This document shows, in pieces, positions 37,469-46,760 of a stretch of 64,000 nt of DNA. The notes beneath the pieces were generated by a model. That model searched no databases and was not told where the DNA came from. It saw nothing but the letters and a program-made list of their open reading frames with translations. Position 1 is the stretch's first letter; each line of letters starts with the position of its first letter. Source of the DNA: an uncultured Actinomycetes bacterium (lineage in GTDB: Bacteria; Actinomycetota; Thermoleophilia; UBA2241); contig CAVWIH010000013.1 of the NCBI GenBank assembly GCA_963755025.1, positions 1 through 64,000 of the forward strand, given 5' to 3'. A program made the translations under genes and the position numbers.

Positions 37469-37609
37469 AGCGGCGGGCACAGATCCGCGAGGTGTCCTCG
37501 GCGGTTCGCCCGGACTCGCCATGCTGGTACATTCTGAGTGCAACCAGCGCAAGGACCGGCGTGACGCGCCCAGACACCGAGACCAGCAGCGAGCGACACG
37601 AGCAGCTGC
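37469..37609 (+). repeat. ~135-bp dispersed repeat, copy 2
   Basis: aligns with 34566-34698; its GTG (37561) is in frame with the radical SAM gene. Confidence 0.9.
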
Positions 37610-38831
37610 GCGCCTACCAGCTCGGCGACGGGGTGGTCGACTCGGTCGACTTGAAGACCCTGCTTGTGAGCAGAGGGCTGCGCGTGCCCGCCGAGGTCTA
37701 CCGGCGCCTGTCCGGCAGTGCCCGGCTCTCGCCGGACCCGCTTGCCTGCAACTGCCTGATCCTGCCCGACGGCACTATCGTGCAGCTCACGGACCTCGCC
37801 CTGCATATGGGCTACGTGCGCTCGGCGATCTCCTGGGACCTGCTGCGCCAGCTGCGCTACCTGCGCCAGCTTTCCACGCCGTTCAGCCTGAGCGTGACGC
37901 CCGCGGGCCGGGCGTGGCTACTGCACACGGACCGACCTGTGACCGAAGTCACGTTTCCGTCGCCGTCCGCCTTCTACGACCAGCACACGAGCAGCGGCCT
38001 GCCGTGTCGCGGCAACGCCGTGCTCCAGGGCCGCGAGTGGCTCTCGTTCCAATGCCTGTGGCCCTGCGCCTACGCCTGCGCCAGCAAGCCCTGTCAGTAC
38101 TGCTACTCCGGCGGCGTCTTTGCCAGCCTGGCCAAGAGGGGCAAGCCGCTGCCGTCGTTTCCTACGCCGCAGGACGCGGCCGAGATCGCAGCCTGGGCCT
38201 TCGCCCACGAGGAGAGCCTCAGCAGTATCCAGATAACCGGCGGCTCGACCTACGACAGCGACGCTGAGTGCGAGCTCATCACGAAGTACCTGCAGGCGAT
38301 TGATCATCGTGTCGGTCGCGAGAACATAGGCGGCGAGATCGTCGTCTGTGCGACGCCGCCCAAAAGGCCGCAGTCGCTGGACCGCGTCTTCGCCGCCGGC
38401 GCCGACCGTGTCTCGATGAGCTTCGAGATCTGGGACGAGAAGATCGCGCGCCGCAGTCATGCCGGGCAAGGCTGAGGCGATCGACCGAGCTCGTCACCTG
38501 GAGTGCCTTGAGTACATTGTTGCCACCCATGGCTCGAGTAGTGCCTGCAGCAACTTCATCATCGGGCTCGAGTCGGCGGAGAGCTGCCTCGAGGGCGCCG
38601 AACAACTCGCCGCCCGCGGCGTCGTGCCGATCGCCTCCGTGTGGATCCCCATTCGGACGTCCCGTGCTCGGCTCGATGCGAGCACCGGGCCTGTCCTACT
38701 TCCGGCGCATCAAGGCGGGCCTCGCCCGCATCTACGAGACCTGCGGTCTTGAGCCGCCGGGCGGCAGCGGCCTCAACGTCTGCATGTGCAAGGATGTGCA
38801 TCGGCACCGCCGGGGGATTCTCGTCGCCTGA
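37561..38831 (+). CDS. radical SAM protein, frameshifts near 38450 and 38650
   Basis: CAYACASKPCQYC, ITGG, SFEIWD, MPGK, NFIIGLES, C-terminal CMC. Confidence 0.8.
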
Positions 38832-38876
38832 GCAGCGTCCCGGTTCCCCCCTCGTCTATTCATCGCGACCGCCGCG

Positions 38877-38898
38877 GTTTGTACTCGGTTTGTACTCC
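38877..38898 (+). repeat. putative integrase arm-type sites, right end of element 1
   Basis: gtttgtactcg-gtttgtactcc, 11-bp period. Confidence 0.75.
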
Positions 38899-39016
38899 CT
38901 ATTGGCGCCGAATGCGCCGAAGCGAGCCCACTGCCGCCGACCCCGGCTCCGCATCTTCCCTGCAAAGAGCCGATATCCGCCGAGATGGGCCGACAGCCGC
39001 CGATGGCTCGATGAAA

Positions 39017-39047
39017 TCGCTGGTTCGATTCCAGCCGGGGGCGCCAG
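39017..39047 (+). repeat. att repeat (tRNA-Arg 3' end) at the element 1/2 junction
   Basis: identical to 2230-2260. Confidence 0.95.
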
Positions 39048-39238
39048 AAATACCTGCTCAGGGCTGTTTCCTATTGTGCGGTTCGCGCACGATACTTCCG
39101 AAGCGGCAGAACTGCCGACATTTTGCCGACGAGACTCCTAGTAATGCGTCGGCATGGCGCAGTATCCCTGAGCACGAATCGCTGATGCAGCCTCCGCATG
39201 TGACTCACCTGTTGTCCGAGGCGTAGGCTGACCGAGTC

Positions 39239-39583
39239 ATGGCCTTCAACGAACTTGAGCTGAAGCGCATCGACCACTCGGTCGGTGACCTGTGCCGGCG
39301 ATGCTCGCCTCCAGAGCACGCCGACGAGCTCCGCGTCGTCTGCCGTATCGACGGCCACGCTGTGAGCATCTACGAGGAACGGCCGCCATGGCGTGGCAGC
39401 GGCCCCTGGACAAGCCACGGCATCGCCCGCTTTCGCTTCTCCCGCGCCCAAGGCACCTGGTCGCTCTTCTGGATGCGCCAGGACCTGAAGTGGCACCGCT
39501 ATGAGCCCGAACCGCCGTCGCCAGATCTGGCCACGCTGGTCGCTGTCATCGAAGCCGAAGAGTTCGGCGCGTTCTTCGGGTAG
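39239..39583 (+). CDS. DUF3024-like protein
   Basis: IYEERPPW, IARFRF, WSLFWMRQDLKWHRYEP, GAFFG. Confidence 0.85.
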   Translation: MAFNELELKRIDHSVGDLCRRCSPPEHADELRVVCRIDGHAVSIYEERPPWRGSGPWTSHGIARFRFSRAQGTWSLFWMRQDLKWHRYEPEPPSPDLATLVAVIEAEEFGAFFG

Positions 39584-39679
39584 TCTGGCGGCAAGCTCGG
39601 CGGGCGATCTCGATCGACGTGTTGGGCAGCGCCGCCGCCTGGCGATCGTCCACACGAGATCCCATGGAGAGAGGATGCT

Positions 39680-39892
39680 GTGAGTCCGGCTTGGTTTGGA
39701 CGAAGGCGCAACGGTTGGAACTTCCGGCCGGCCTCCTGGCAGGGGTGGGCGGTGACCGCGCTCTACGGTCTGCTTATCTACGTGGCTGCACGCGCCTTCA
39801 GAGTGCATCACACAGTGCTCTTCATCGCCGCGCTGCTCGTGCTTACGGTGGCGTTCGGCGTCGTTGCTGTGGCCACCAGCCGCAGCCGCTAG
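39680..39892 (+). CDS. small two-TM membrane protein
   Basis: WFGRRRNGWNFRPASWQGW plus hydrophobic helices; paralog at 42499. Confidence 0.75.
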   Translation: MSPAWFGRRRNGWNFRPASWQGWAVTALYGLLIYVAARAFRVHHTVLFIAALLVLTVAFGVVAVATSRSR

Positions 39893-39987
39893 GAACCCAG
39901 GCGCCTGGACTGCGGCCTTCGGTATACAGCTTCACGGAACTTGCCGCCGGCTACCTTCGTGGCACTCTTAGACCACGGAGGGGGTAC

Positions 39988-40401
39988 ATGGCGTTCATCG
40001 ACAAGACCATCGCTGTGACGGCAGACGTGCGCGACGTCTACGATGCCTGGGCGGCCTTCGAGCACTATCCGAAGTTCATGAAGACTGTCGAGGCGGTGAC
40101 GCTCGTCGAGGAGGACCAGCTGCACTGGGTCGCCGTGATCGAAGAGGACACCGTTGAGTGGGACGCCGACTTAGTCGAGCATGTGGTCGACGAGAAGATC
40201 GCCTGGCGGGCCATCGACGGCCGTGAGACCGGTGAGGTGCGCTTCGAGAAGCTCGCCGCAGGCAAGACGATGGTCACCTACCAGCTTGAGTACGACCCGG
40301 CGGCCTGGGAAGGCGAACCCGACGCCGTGCGCCGCTGGATGAACCGCCGGGTCGACAGGGACCTCGATGCGTTCAAGAACATGGTAGAGGCCGCCGAATA
40401 G
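39988..40401 (+). CDS. SRPBCC/polyketide-cyclase family protein
   Basis: VYDAWAAFEHYPKFM, IAWRA, DLDAFK. Confidence 0.88.
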   Translation: MAFIDKTIAVTADVRDVYDAWAAFEHYPKFMKTVEAVTLVEEDQLHWVAVIEEDTVEWDADLVEHVVDEKIAWRAIDGRETGEVRFEKLAAGKTMVTYQLEYDPAAWEGEPDAVRRWMNRRVDRDLDAFKNMVEAAE

Positions 40402-40951
40402 GGAGCAGAAGCCCGTTCGCCGACCGAACGATTAAACGGGCAGTCGAGGAGCCACGACATGAGTCACACAGACCTTGCGGTAGCTGTGGCCGGGATCCTG
40501 ATCGCGGTCGGCTCCGTCGTGCTTGGCGCGTGGCTTGACCTGCGGCCATCAAGAGGCCGCGACAGGGAAGATCGCTAGCTCGACCAGCGCCGGATCGTCG
40601 TCTGGGCGACTCGACCAACGGATGCCGTCAGGACGACGCTGGGCCACCATGGATCCGCACCCGGAGCTCCCCTCCTCGGTGCCACGCCCTCGGACCCGGC
40701 AACGATCGCGAGGGCATCTTCGCGCGCAGGGGGCCGCCAGCCAGAGCCGGGACGGCCTCTGTTCTTTTCGAGGGGGCAGCGCCCGTTGCACCGTCAAGTC
40801 GTTGCCAGCGCCGGTGATGCTTTCTGGCGGCCGCACCTTGTCACGGGCTCGCCAGCTGCCGAAAGCAAGTGCTGACGCGGTGCGCCGTGGCGCGCCGCGT
40901 CAGCCTCTCCCCGAGGCGCGGACTTGCGGCAGCGAAGCGATGGAGGTCTTC

Positions 40952-42260
40952 ATGAAACGGTCGATTGTCGTCCTGGCGGTGGCTCTGGCATGTCTGCTTT
41001 TGGCTCCCGTCGCGCTCGCCCAAAGCCGCGTCGGTTGCGACCCCGGCGGCAGCACCGGCTTCCACGCCTGCGGTACCGTATCGAGCGTCGACGTCGCAGA
41101 CAACCTGCTCACCCTCAACGTCACGGCCGGCTCCGCTGGCCTTCCCAGCCCCCTCACAGTGGCCATCACTCCCGACACGCAGATCAGCGGCGAAACACCC
41201 ATCGCCCCGCAGGCTTCGCCTGCACTGGGTTGCGGCGACAACACGGTCACCCTCGATCAGGTCGCAATCGGCGAGCAGATCCGCGTCGGCGGCACGATCG
41301 ATGCAAGCTCTGGCACGCCGGTCTACGATGCGCTGCGCATCAGCGTGCATCAGCCGCGCTTTTCCTGCCAGGGCACAGTGAGCGCCGTCGATGTCACCGA
41401 CGGCCTGCTGACAGTCGACTTCACCAATGGCTCAGACGATCTCGTCAGTCCCCTCATCGGTGACCATCACCGCCGACACGCAGATCACCGCCGATGCGGC
41501 GTCTGTCGCCCAGCCCTGCTCAGCCCTTGGCTGCGCCGACAACACGATCACCTTAGACCAAGTCATGGTCGGCGAGCAGGTCTCAGTCCGCGGTACGATC
41601 GACGCAAGCTCCGGCACGCCGGCCTACGACGCCCTGCGCGTCCGCGTGCATCAGCCGCGCTTCTTCTGCGAGGGTGCGGTCAGCGCCATCGACACCACGA
41701 ACAACATCCTCACAGTGGACGTGGCGCACGGCTCGGCCGGGCTTACCGGCACGATCGCGCTTACCATCACGCCCGACACGCGCCTGTTCTCGTTTGCCGA
41801 CTTCGCCTGCAGCCAGCTCGACCTGAGCCAGGTCGCCGTAGGCGACCAGGTGGCAGTCTGCGGCGTGATCGACGCAAGCTCCGGCACACCGGTCTACGAC
41901 GCGCGCGTGGTCTTCGACTGCGGCGCGATCACCTTGCCAGCTCCCGCCAGCCAGCCGACCGCGCTGTCGACGGGGGCAAAGAGCGTGACCCGGGGCAAGA
42001 GCCTCAAGGTCCACCTTCGCATCAGCGACGCCATGCCGGGCTCCTCGACGGCCAGCGTCTCGGTCGCCGTCGTCAATGCAAAAGGCGCGAAGGTCGCCGC
42101 AGGGACGGTCAGTGGCGTGGCGCTCAACAAAGCAGTCACCCTCTCCCTGAAGCTGCGCAAGAGCCTCATTCGCGGTACCTACCGCGTCGTCACCAAGGCG
42201 ACCGACGACGCCGGTAACCGTCAGCTGCGCGCCGGCAGCGCGGTACTGAGAGTGCACTGA
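40952..42260 (+). CDS. secreted protein with three OB-fold-like (DUF5666-like) repeats and C-terminal Ig-like domain, frameshift near 41450
   Basis: signal peptide; three GTIDASSGTPxYDA repeats. Confidence 0.8.
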
Positions 42261-42336
42261 TCACAGCCGCCTTGCGGCGGCAGGGCAGTAGCGTCATGTG
42301 GCGAGGGCGGTGTCAGGTTACTTGGCGCCGCCCTCG

Positions 42337-42401
42337 CTAGTTGCGAACAAGCCTCGCGATCAGCGCTGCCGTTTCTGCCTGCATCGCCGGGATGGCGTGC
42401 G
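42337..42401 (-). repeat. degenerate copy of integrase-2 3' end (D)
   Basis: 24-bp exact match cctgcatcgccgggatggcgtgcg; reads HAIPAMQAETAALIARLV. Confidence 0.9.
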
Positions 42402-42498
42402 CACGTCACAGTGGCACTCAGGCCATACGGCAGGAGACCGTTCGCGCCAGTGGAATAGACGCGGAGACGAGCATCACTCCTGTTCGGAGCGTTCCCGC

Positions 42499-42783
42499 AT
42501 GCCACACGATCAGCCTCACATAGCAGATTCCGCGGCCACGGACCGCCGCGAAGCGAAGGCTCCCGGCTGGCTCGGCACGCCCTGGTTCGCCCGCCGGAGG
42601 CTGGGCTGGGGCTACCGCCCGGCGAGCTGGCAGGGCTGGGCGCTGACCGTGCTGTTCGTCCTATTTGTCTTCTCGGCCAACGGCATGCTGCGGACCCATC
42701 ACGTCGATCTCTTCGCGGGCAGCCTGGTCGCGCTCTGCGTCGCCTACATTGGGGTGGCGGCGATGACGAGTCGCGCGTTGTAG
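42499..42783 (+). CDS. small two-TM membrane protein
   Basis: WFARRRLGWGYRPASWQGW; paralog of 39680. Confidence 0.75.
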   Translation: MPHDQPHIADSAATDRREAKAPGWLGTPWFARRRLGWGYRPASWQGWALTVLFVLFVFSANGMLRTHHVDLFAGSLVALCVAYIGVAAMTSRAL

Positions 42784-42796
42784 TTGCCCCGAGGCG

Positions 42797-43330
42797 ATGC
42801 GCAGGCCGTCGCTCATACTGGTTATCTCCGTCGTCGGGGGCTGGGCTTTCGGCCTGCTCGACTCGCGCATCCCAATGCCGAGCAGTTCGACTGTCTTCTG
42901 GACCGGCAACCTGGGCGCTCCCTGGCTCGTGCTGCCCTTTCTGGCCGGCTGGACCCAGCCCTCCAGACGGCGGGCTCTCCTGGGAGGGGCGCTCACCTGC
43001 GTCGCCGCTATGGTCGGCTTCTTCGGTCCGGGATCGGGCTGGGGACCGGCGTCCATCGCCTTCGTCGCCGGCTGGATTGCAGCCGGTGCGCTCGCCGGCG
43101 GGCTCTATGGTCGGTTCGGGTTCGCCTGGGGCCGCTCGCGGGCGCTGCCGGAAGGTCTGGCTCTGGCCGTGCCCTTCATTCTCGAGCCGCTGGCCTGGTC
43201 GTGGGGTTTCGGCTACTCGCAGGGCCGCCTGCCCATCTGGTATGCCGAACTGGCCTTCGGTCTGGCGCTCCTGGTCTGGGTGGTCGCGTCGAGCCGTGGT
43301 TCCTCGTCGAGCAAGACCGCGGAGCGCTGA
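42797..43330 (+). CDS. multi-TM protein (DUF6518-like)
   Basis: GNLGAPWLVLPFLAGW and several TM helices. Confidence 0.7.
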   Translation: MRRPSLILVISVVGGWAFGLLDSRIPMPSSSTVFWTGNLGAPWLVLPFLAGWTQPSRRRALLGGALTCVAAMVGFFGPGSGWGPASIAFVAGWIAAGALAGGLYGRFGFAWGRSRALPEGLALAVPFILEPLAWSWGFGYSQGRLPIWYAELAFGLALLVWVVASSRGSSSSKTAER

Positions 43331-43364
43331 GTTCGCTTCTCGGGTTGCGGGTGCCGCTTGACCG

Positions 43365-43400
43365 GCGAACGCCGCCATGGCGACTGCGCTCTCCTCTTCC
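43365..43400 (-). repeat. highly degenerate copy of integrase-2 3' end (E)
   Basis: gcgaac..gcga..gcgc..cctcttcc blocks in the expected order and position. Confidence 0.4.
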
Positions 43401-43529
43401 GACAACTCCCTGGAGCGCAACGTGTGCTGGCACGCGGCTTGGCCACGAGCGTATGCTTCGTGACGGCTTCGGCGTGCCTGGTTGCCTTCGCCGGACCACG
43501 GAAGGCGCCTGCGACCTGGGGGTTGTGTC

Positions 43530-45470
43530 ATGAGGAAGGTCCTGATCTGTCTCGCGCTCGTTTCCCTCTCCTTCCTTGCTTGGGCAGGAGCCGCCTCTGC
43601 CGCAACTTCCCGGCCGTCCGGCACCGTGGCCGTCGCTGCGCAACTGAGGAGCACGGTGCCGGTGACTTTCCTCTCTGACAACTTCGAGGGCGGGCAGAGG
43701 TGGGACCCCCGCTTCTCTGGCTGGATGATCACAACCGACCAGGCATACAGTCCAAGCCACTCGGTCCACGCTGCGGAGTACGGCTCGCCGATGCTGGTCT
43801 ACGGGCCGTTTGATCTCAGCCAGGCGACCGCCGCTACCCTTTCTTTCGAACTGTGGTACGACTCGCCCACGCTCACCAGCCCGCCGAGCTCGACGACCTG
43901 CGGCGCGTTTCTGACCGGCTACTCGACAGACGGTTCGCATTTCACCTTCCCGACACAATGGAGCGGCTCCACGGGGGGCACCTGGCAGGCGCAACGAGTC
44001 GACCTGGGCAGCTGGTACGACCAGGCAAACCAGGCCACGGTCAGCCTGCTCGGCGACGCCAAGGTCTGGATCGCCCTCTCAAGCTCGGTCACCTCGGACC
44101 TTGCCAGCTCCACCGAGGGGAGCTACGTCGACGACCTGACTCTGAGCGCCACCGTCGCCGACACAACGCCACCTACGACCAGCGTCGCCGGCTTGCCCGA
44201 CGGCTGGACGAACCAGCCGGTCACCCTCAGCTTCACGGCCACCGACAACGGCGGCGGCTCCGGTGTCGCCTACACCGAGTATTCGACCGACGCCGGAAAG
44301 GACTGGACCGAGGGCACCTCCCTCGTTGTCGCAGCGCCCGCCGACCACACGGGCGACGGCGTGCACGCCGTCCTCTATCGGTCCGTCGACAACGCCGGCA
44401 ACATAGAGACCGCCAAGAGCTGCTACGTGAGGATCGACACCCGGCGGCCGACTACGAAGGCGCCCGATCAGGCCTATGTCGCCCATGGCGAGACGGTCCG
44501 TCTGAAGTACACGGTCGCAGACCCGCGCCCGGGAAGCCCGACGGCCGACGTTGTGATCGCGGTCAAAAACAGCGCCGGCACGGTGGTCAAGACGCTCACG
44601 CGCAGTGCGATAGCGGTGAACAAGCCGCTCACGGTCAGCCTTGCGGTGCCGCACGCCTGGAAGCCGGGTGCCTACCGGTTCACGGTCTCGGCCACTGACC
44701 AGGCCGGCAACGGGCAGACCGTTCCTGCAGGCAAGAACAAGCTGACCGTCAGGCTGACCGACCAGGAGCTGGCGACGATCCTCGCAGGCAGGCTTGCCCG
44801 CCACACGGGCCATCTGGCCGTCGGCGTCCTTGACTGCACGAGCGGCGCCAGGGTCCTCTACAACGGCGGAGGCAGCTTCCACACGGCCAGCATCGTCAAG
44901 GCCGACATCCTGGCGACCCTCATGCTGCAGCATCAGACCGCCCGGCGCGCGCTCACCACAGCAGAGAAGGCGCTGGCCACGCGCATGATCGAAGACAGCG
45001 ACAACGCCGCCGCCACCGCGCTGTGGAACGACGTCGGTGGGGCGTCCGGCGTTGCCAGGGCAAACGTCCGCCTGGGCCTGCGCCATACCGTCATGAGTGT
45101 CGCTTGGGGTCTGACCGGCACGACGGCAAGCGATCAGCTGACGCTGCTGTCCGACCTCGTCTCAGTGCGCTCTCCCCTGAGTGCCGCCTCGCGGTCCTAT
45201 GAGCTCGGCCTGATGCGCCACGTCGAGCCCGGTCAGGCATGGGGTGTGACTGCGGCGGCGACGCCGGGAACGCCTTCTGCGGTCAAGAACGGCTGGCTCC
45301 CCGACCCGAACCTTTGGGTGATCAACAGCATCGGCGTGATCCACAACTCGGGACACGTGCTGCTCGTGGCCGTGCTTTCCAACGACCAGCCCGGCGAGGT
45401 CAGCGGCATCGCTCAGGATGAAGCAGCCGCGCTTAGCGCGGTACACGTGGCCACCGCGCTCGATCCCTGA
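43530..45470 (+). CDS. secreted protein: beta-sandwich and Ig-like domains plus class A beta-lactamase-like serine hydrolase
   Basis: signal peptide; SIVK (SxxK), SDN, KNG. Confidence 0.85.
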   Translation: MRKVLICLALVSLSFLAWAGAASAATSRPSGTVAVAAQLRSTVPVTFLSDNFEGGQRWDPRFSGWMITTDQAYSPSHSVHAAEYGSPMLVYGPFDLSQATAATLSFELWYDSPTLTSPPSSTTCGAFLTGYSTDGSHFTFPTQWSGSTGGTWQAQRVDLGSWYDQANQATVSLLGDAKVWIALSSSVTSDLASSTEGSYVDDLTLSATVADTTPPTTSVAGLPDGWTNQPVTLSFTATDNGGGSGVAYTEYSTDAGKDWTEGTSLVVAAPADHTGDGVHAVLYRSVDNAGNIETAKSCYVRIDTRRPTTKAPDQAYVAHGETVRLKYTVADPRPGSPTADVVIAVKNSAGTVVKTLTRSAIAVNKPLTVSLAVPHAWKPGAYRFTVSATDQAGNGQTVPAGKNKLTVRLTDQELATILAGRLARHTGHLAVGVLDCTSGARVLYNGGGSFHTASIVKADILATLMLQHQTARRALTTAEKALATRMIEDSDNAAATALWNDVGGASGVARANVRLGLRHTVMSVAWGLTGTTASDQLTLLSDLVSVRSPLSAASRSYELGLMRHVEPGQAWGVTAAATPGTPSAVKNGWLPDPNLWVINSIGVIHNSGHVLLVAVLSNDQPGEVSGIAQDEAAALSAVHVATALDP

Positions 45471-45531
45471 ACCGCATCAGTTTCACCGTCGATGGTGGGC
45501 GTTGGATGTCACCCTGCCGTCTCGTCTGCCC

Positions 45532-45593
45532 GCGAACACCGGCCCCGCGATTGCCTGAGCGGGCTCTTCCTGCATTCGCCGCGATGGTGTGAG
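45532..45593 (-). repeat. degenerate copy of integrase-2 3' end (C)
   Basis: reads HTIAA/MQEEPAQAIAGPVFA. Confidence 0.8.
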
Positions 45594-45622
45594 GTTGCCT
45601 ACGGTCGGTTGGTGAATGAAAC

Positions 45623-45665
45623 TTGCGGCGCAAGGGTATGACTGCTACCATGCGTCACATGGCAG
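45623..45665 (+). promoter_or_regulatory. probable leaderless promoter with PadR-type operator
   Basis: TTGCGG-N17-TACCAT; imperfect palindrome ctaccatg-cgtca-catggcag over the start. Confidence 0.55.
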
Positions 45666-46015
45666 TCGACTCCCAACGACGAACAGAGCTCCTCCGCGGC
45701 GTCCTCGATCTCTGCCTGCTGGCTGTGGTGAACGAGGGGCCGGCCTACGGCTACGAGATGACCAAGCGGCTGCGCGAGCGCGGCCTGGCGATCGTCGGCG
45801 AGGGGTCCATCTACCCGTTGCTGGGACGGCTGGAGCGCGACGGCCTGGTCGAGACCTATCGGGCTCCAAGCAACGGAGGACCGATGCGCAAGTCCTACCG
45901 GCCCTCCGCCGCGGGTCGACTCGCGCTGGCGATGGGCGTGTCCGAATGGCGAGCCGCCCGCGACGCCGTCGACGGCGTGCTCGCCTCTGTCAAGGTCGAG
46001 GTGCTTCATGACTGA
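45659..46015 (+). CDS. PadR-family regulator
   Basis: LLRGVLDLCLL, YGYEM, EGSIYPLLGRLE. Confidence 0.93.
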   Translation: MAVDSQRRTELLRGVLDLCLLAVVNEGPAYGYEMTKRLRERGLAIVGEGSIYPLLGRLERDGLVETYRAPSNGGPMRKSYRPSAAGRLALAMGVSEWRAARDAVDGVLASVKVEVLHD

Positions 46016-46547
46016 CTACGTCGGGCGCTGCCGCGCCGAGTGGCGCCGTCTCGCTGTCCCCGATGCGCTCGCCGAGGAGATGGCGGCCGACCTGGCCTCC
46101 GACCTCTCAGAGGCCGAGGCCGACGGGATCTCGGCCGAGGAACTCTGGGGAAGCGATGCACGTTCGTTTGCGGCCTCCCTGGCCGCCGAGCGCGGCATCA
46201 TCCCGGCGCCGCTCAGCCCAGCGAAGACCCGCCGCAGGCCGCTCGTCTTGGTGGCCTTCACCGTCATCGCCGCGCTCGTGCTGATCTTCGCGGCACGGGC
46301 GCTCCTGACAGGGCAGCCCAAGGCGACACTCGTCGCCAACGTGTCCGGAACGCCGGGACATCACCTGCCATCAGCAACGCCGTTCCCCTTCGCACCACCC
46401 GGCGGGGCCCAGCGCGTCTTCGACCTCGGCAACCTGGCCGCCCCGATCGAGTGGATCCTGCTCGTCTTCGCGATCGTCGCGCTCGGCTTCGCCCTCTGGT
46501 TGTGGTCGAGTTGGGCCCGCTCGCGACCGCCCAGCATGCCAGTCTAG
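46008..46547 (+). CDS. PadR-associated membrane protein
   Basis: helical N-terminus (ELWGSDARSFA) plus two TM; overlaps padR. Confidence 0.8.
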   Translation: MTDYVGRCRAEWRRLAVPDALAEEMAADLASDLSEAEADGISAEELWGSDARSFAASLAAERGIIPAPLSPAKTRRRPLVLVAFTVIAALVLIFAARALLTGQPKATLVANVSGTPGHHLPSATPFPFAPPGGAQRVFDLGNLAAPIEWILLVFAIVALGFALWLWSSWARSRPPSMPV

Positions 46548-46587
46548 CCAGCTTTCGCGGCCGTTCGCTGCGGACCTGAGTTTGCGG

Positions 46588-46702
46588 CTACTTGGCAAAC
46601 ACGAGCCCCGCGATCAGCGCCGCCGCCTCCTCCTGCGTCGCGGGGACGGGGTGCAAGGAGGGGTCGAGGGTGATGCCAGTGTGACGTCCTGAGGCGCTCT
46701 CG
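46588..46702 (-). repeat. degenerate copy of integrase-2 3' end (B)
   Basis: 32-bp exact match aacacgagccccgcgatcagcgccgccgcctc; reads ITLDPSLHPVPATQEEAAALIAGLVFAK*. Confidence 0.95.
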
Positions 46703-46760
46703 CCACAAGGTGCAGACCGCCGTGCACGAGGCTTCCACAGAGCGCTATCATGGGCAGCAG

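Larger units (their letters stand above)
2230..39047. mobile_element. Element 1: tRNA-Arg-targeting integrative element with satellite-like core and cobalamin cargo
   Basis: identical 31-bp repeat tcgctggttcgattccagccgggggcgccag at 2230-2260 and 39017-39047; integrase, excisionase and primase inside; matching arm repeats at both ends. Confidence 0.88.

Noticed and set aside
39627-39640. 14-bp match cagcgccgccgcct to the integrase tail
   Set aside because: Low-complexity GC-rich match with no flanking homology; not counted as an array repeat.
40770-40910. c-di-GMP-I riboswitch (gccagctgccgaa) and strong hairpin at 40871-40904
   Set aside because: The GGCAAA/GACGCAAA core is missing; the hairpin alone is not diagnostic in GC-rich DNA.
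44760-45470. bona fide beta-lactam resistance gene
   Set aside because: Fold motifs are present but the omega-loop Glu is not evident; activity cannot be inferred.
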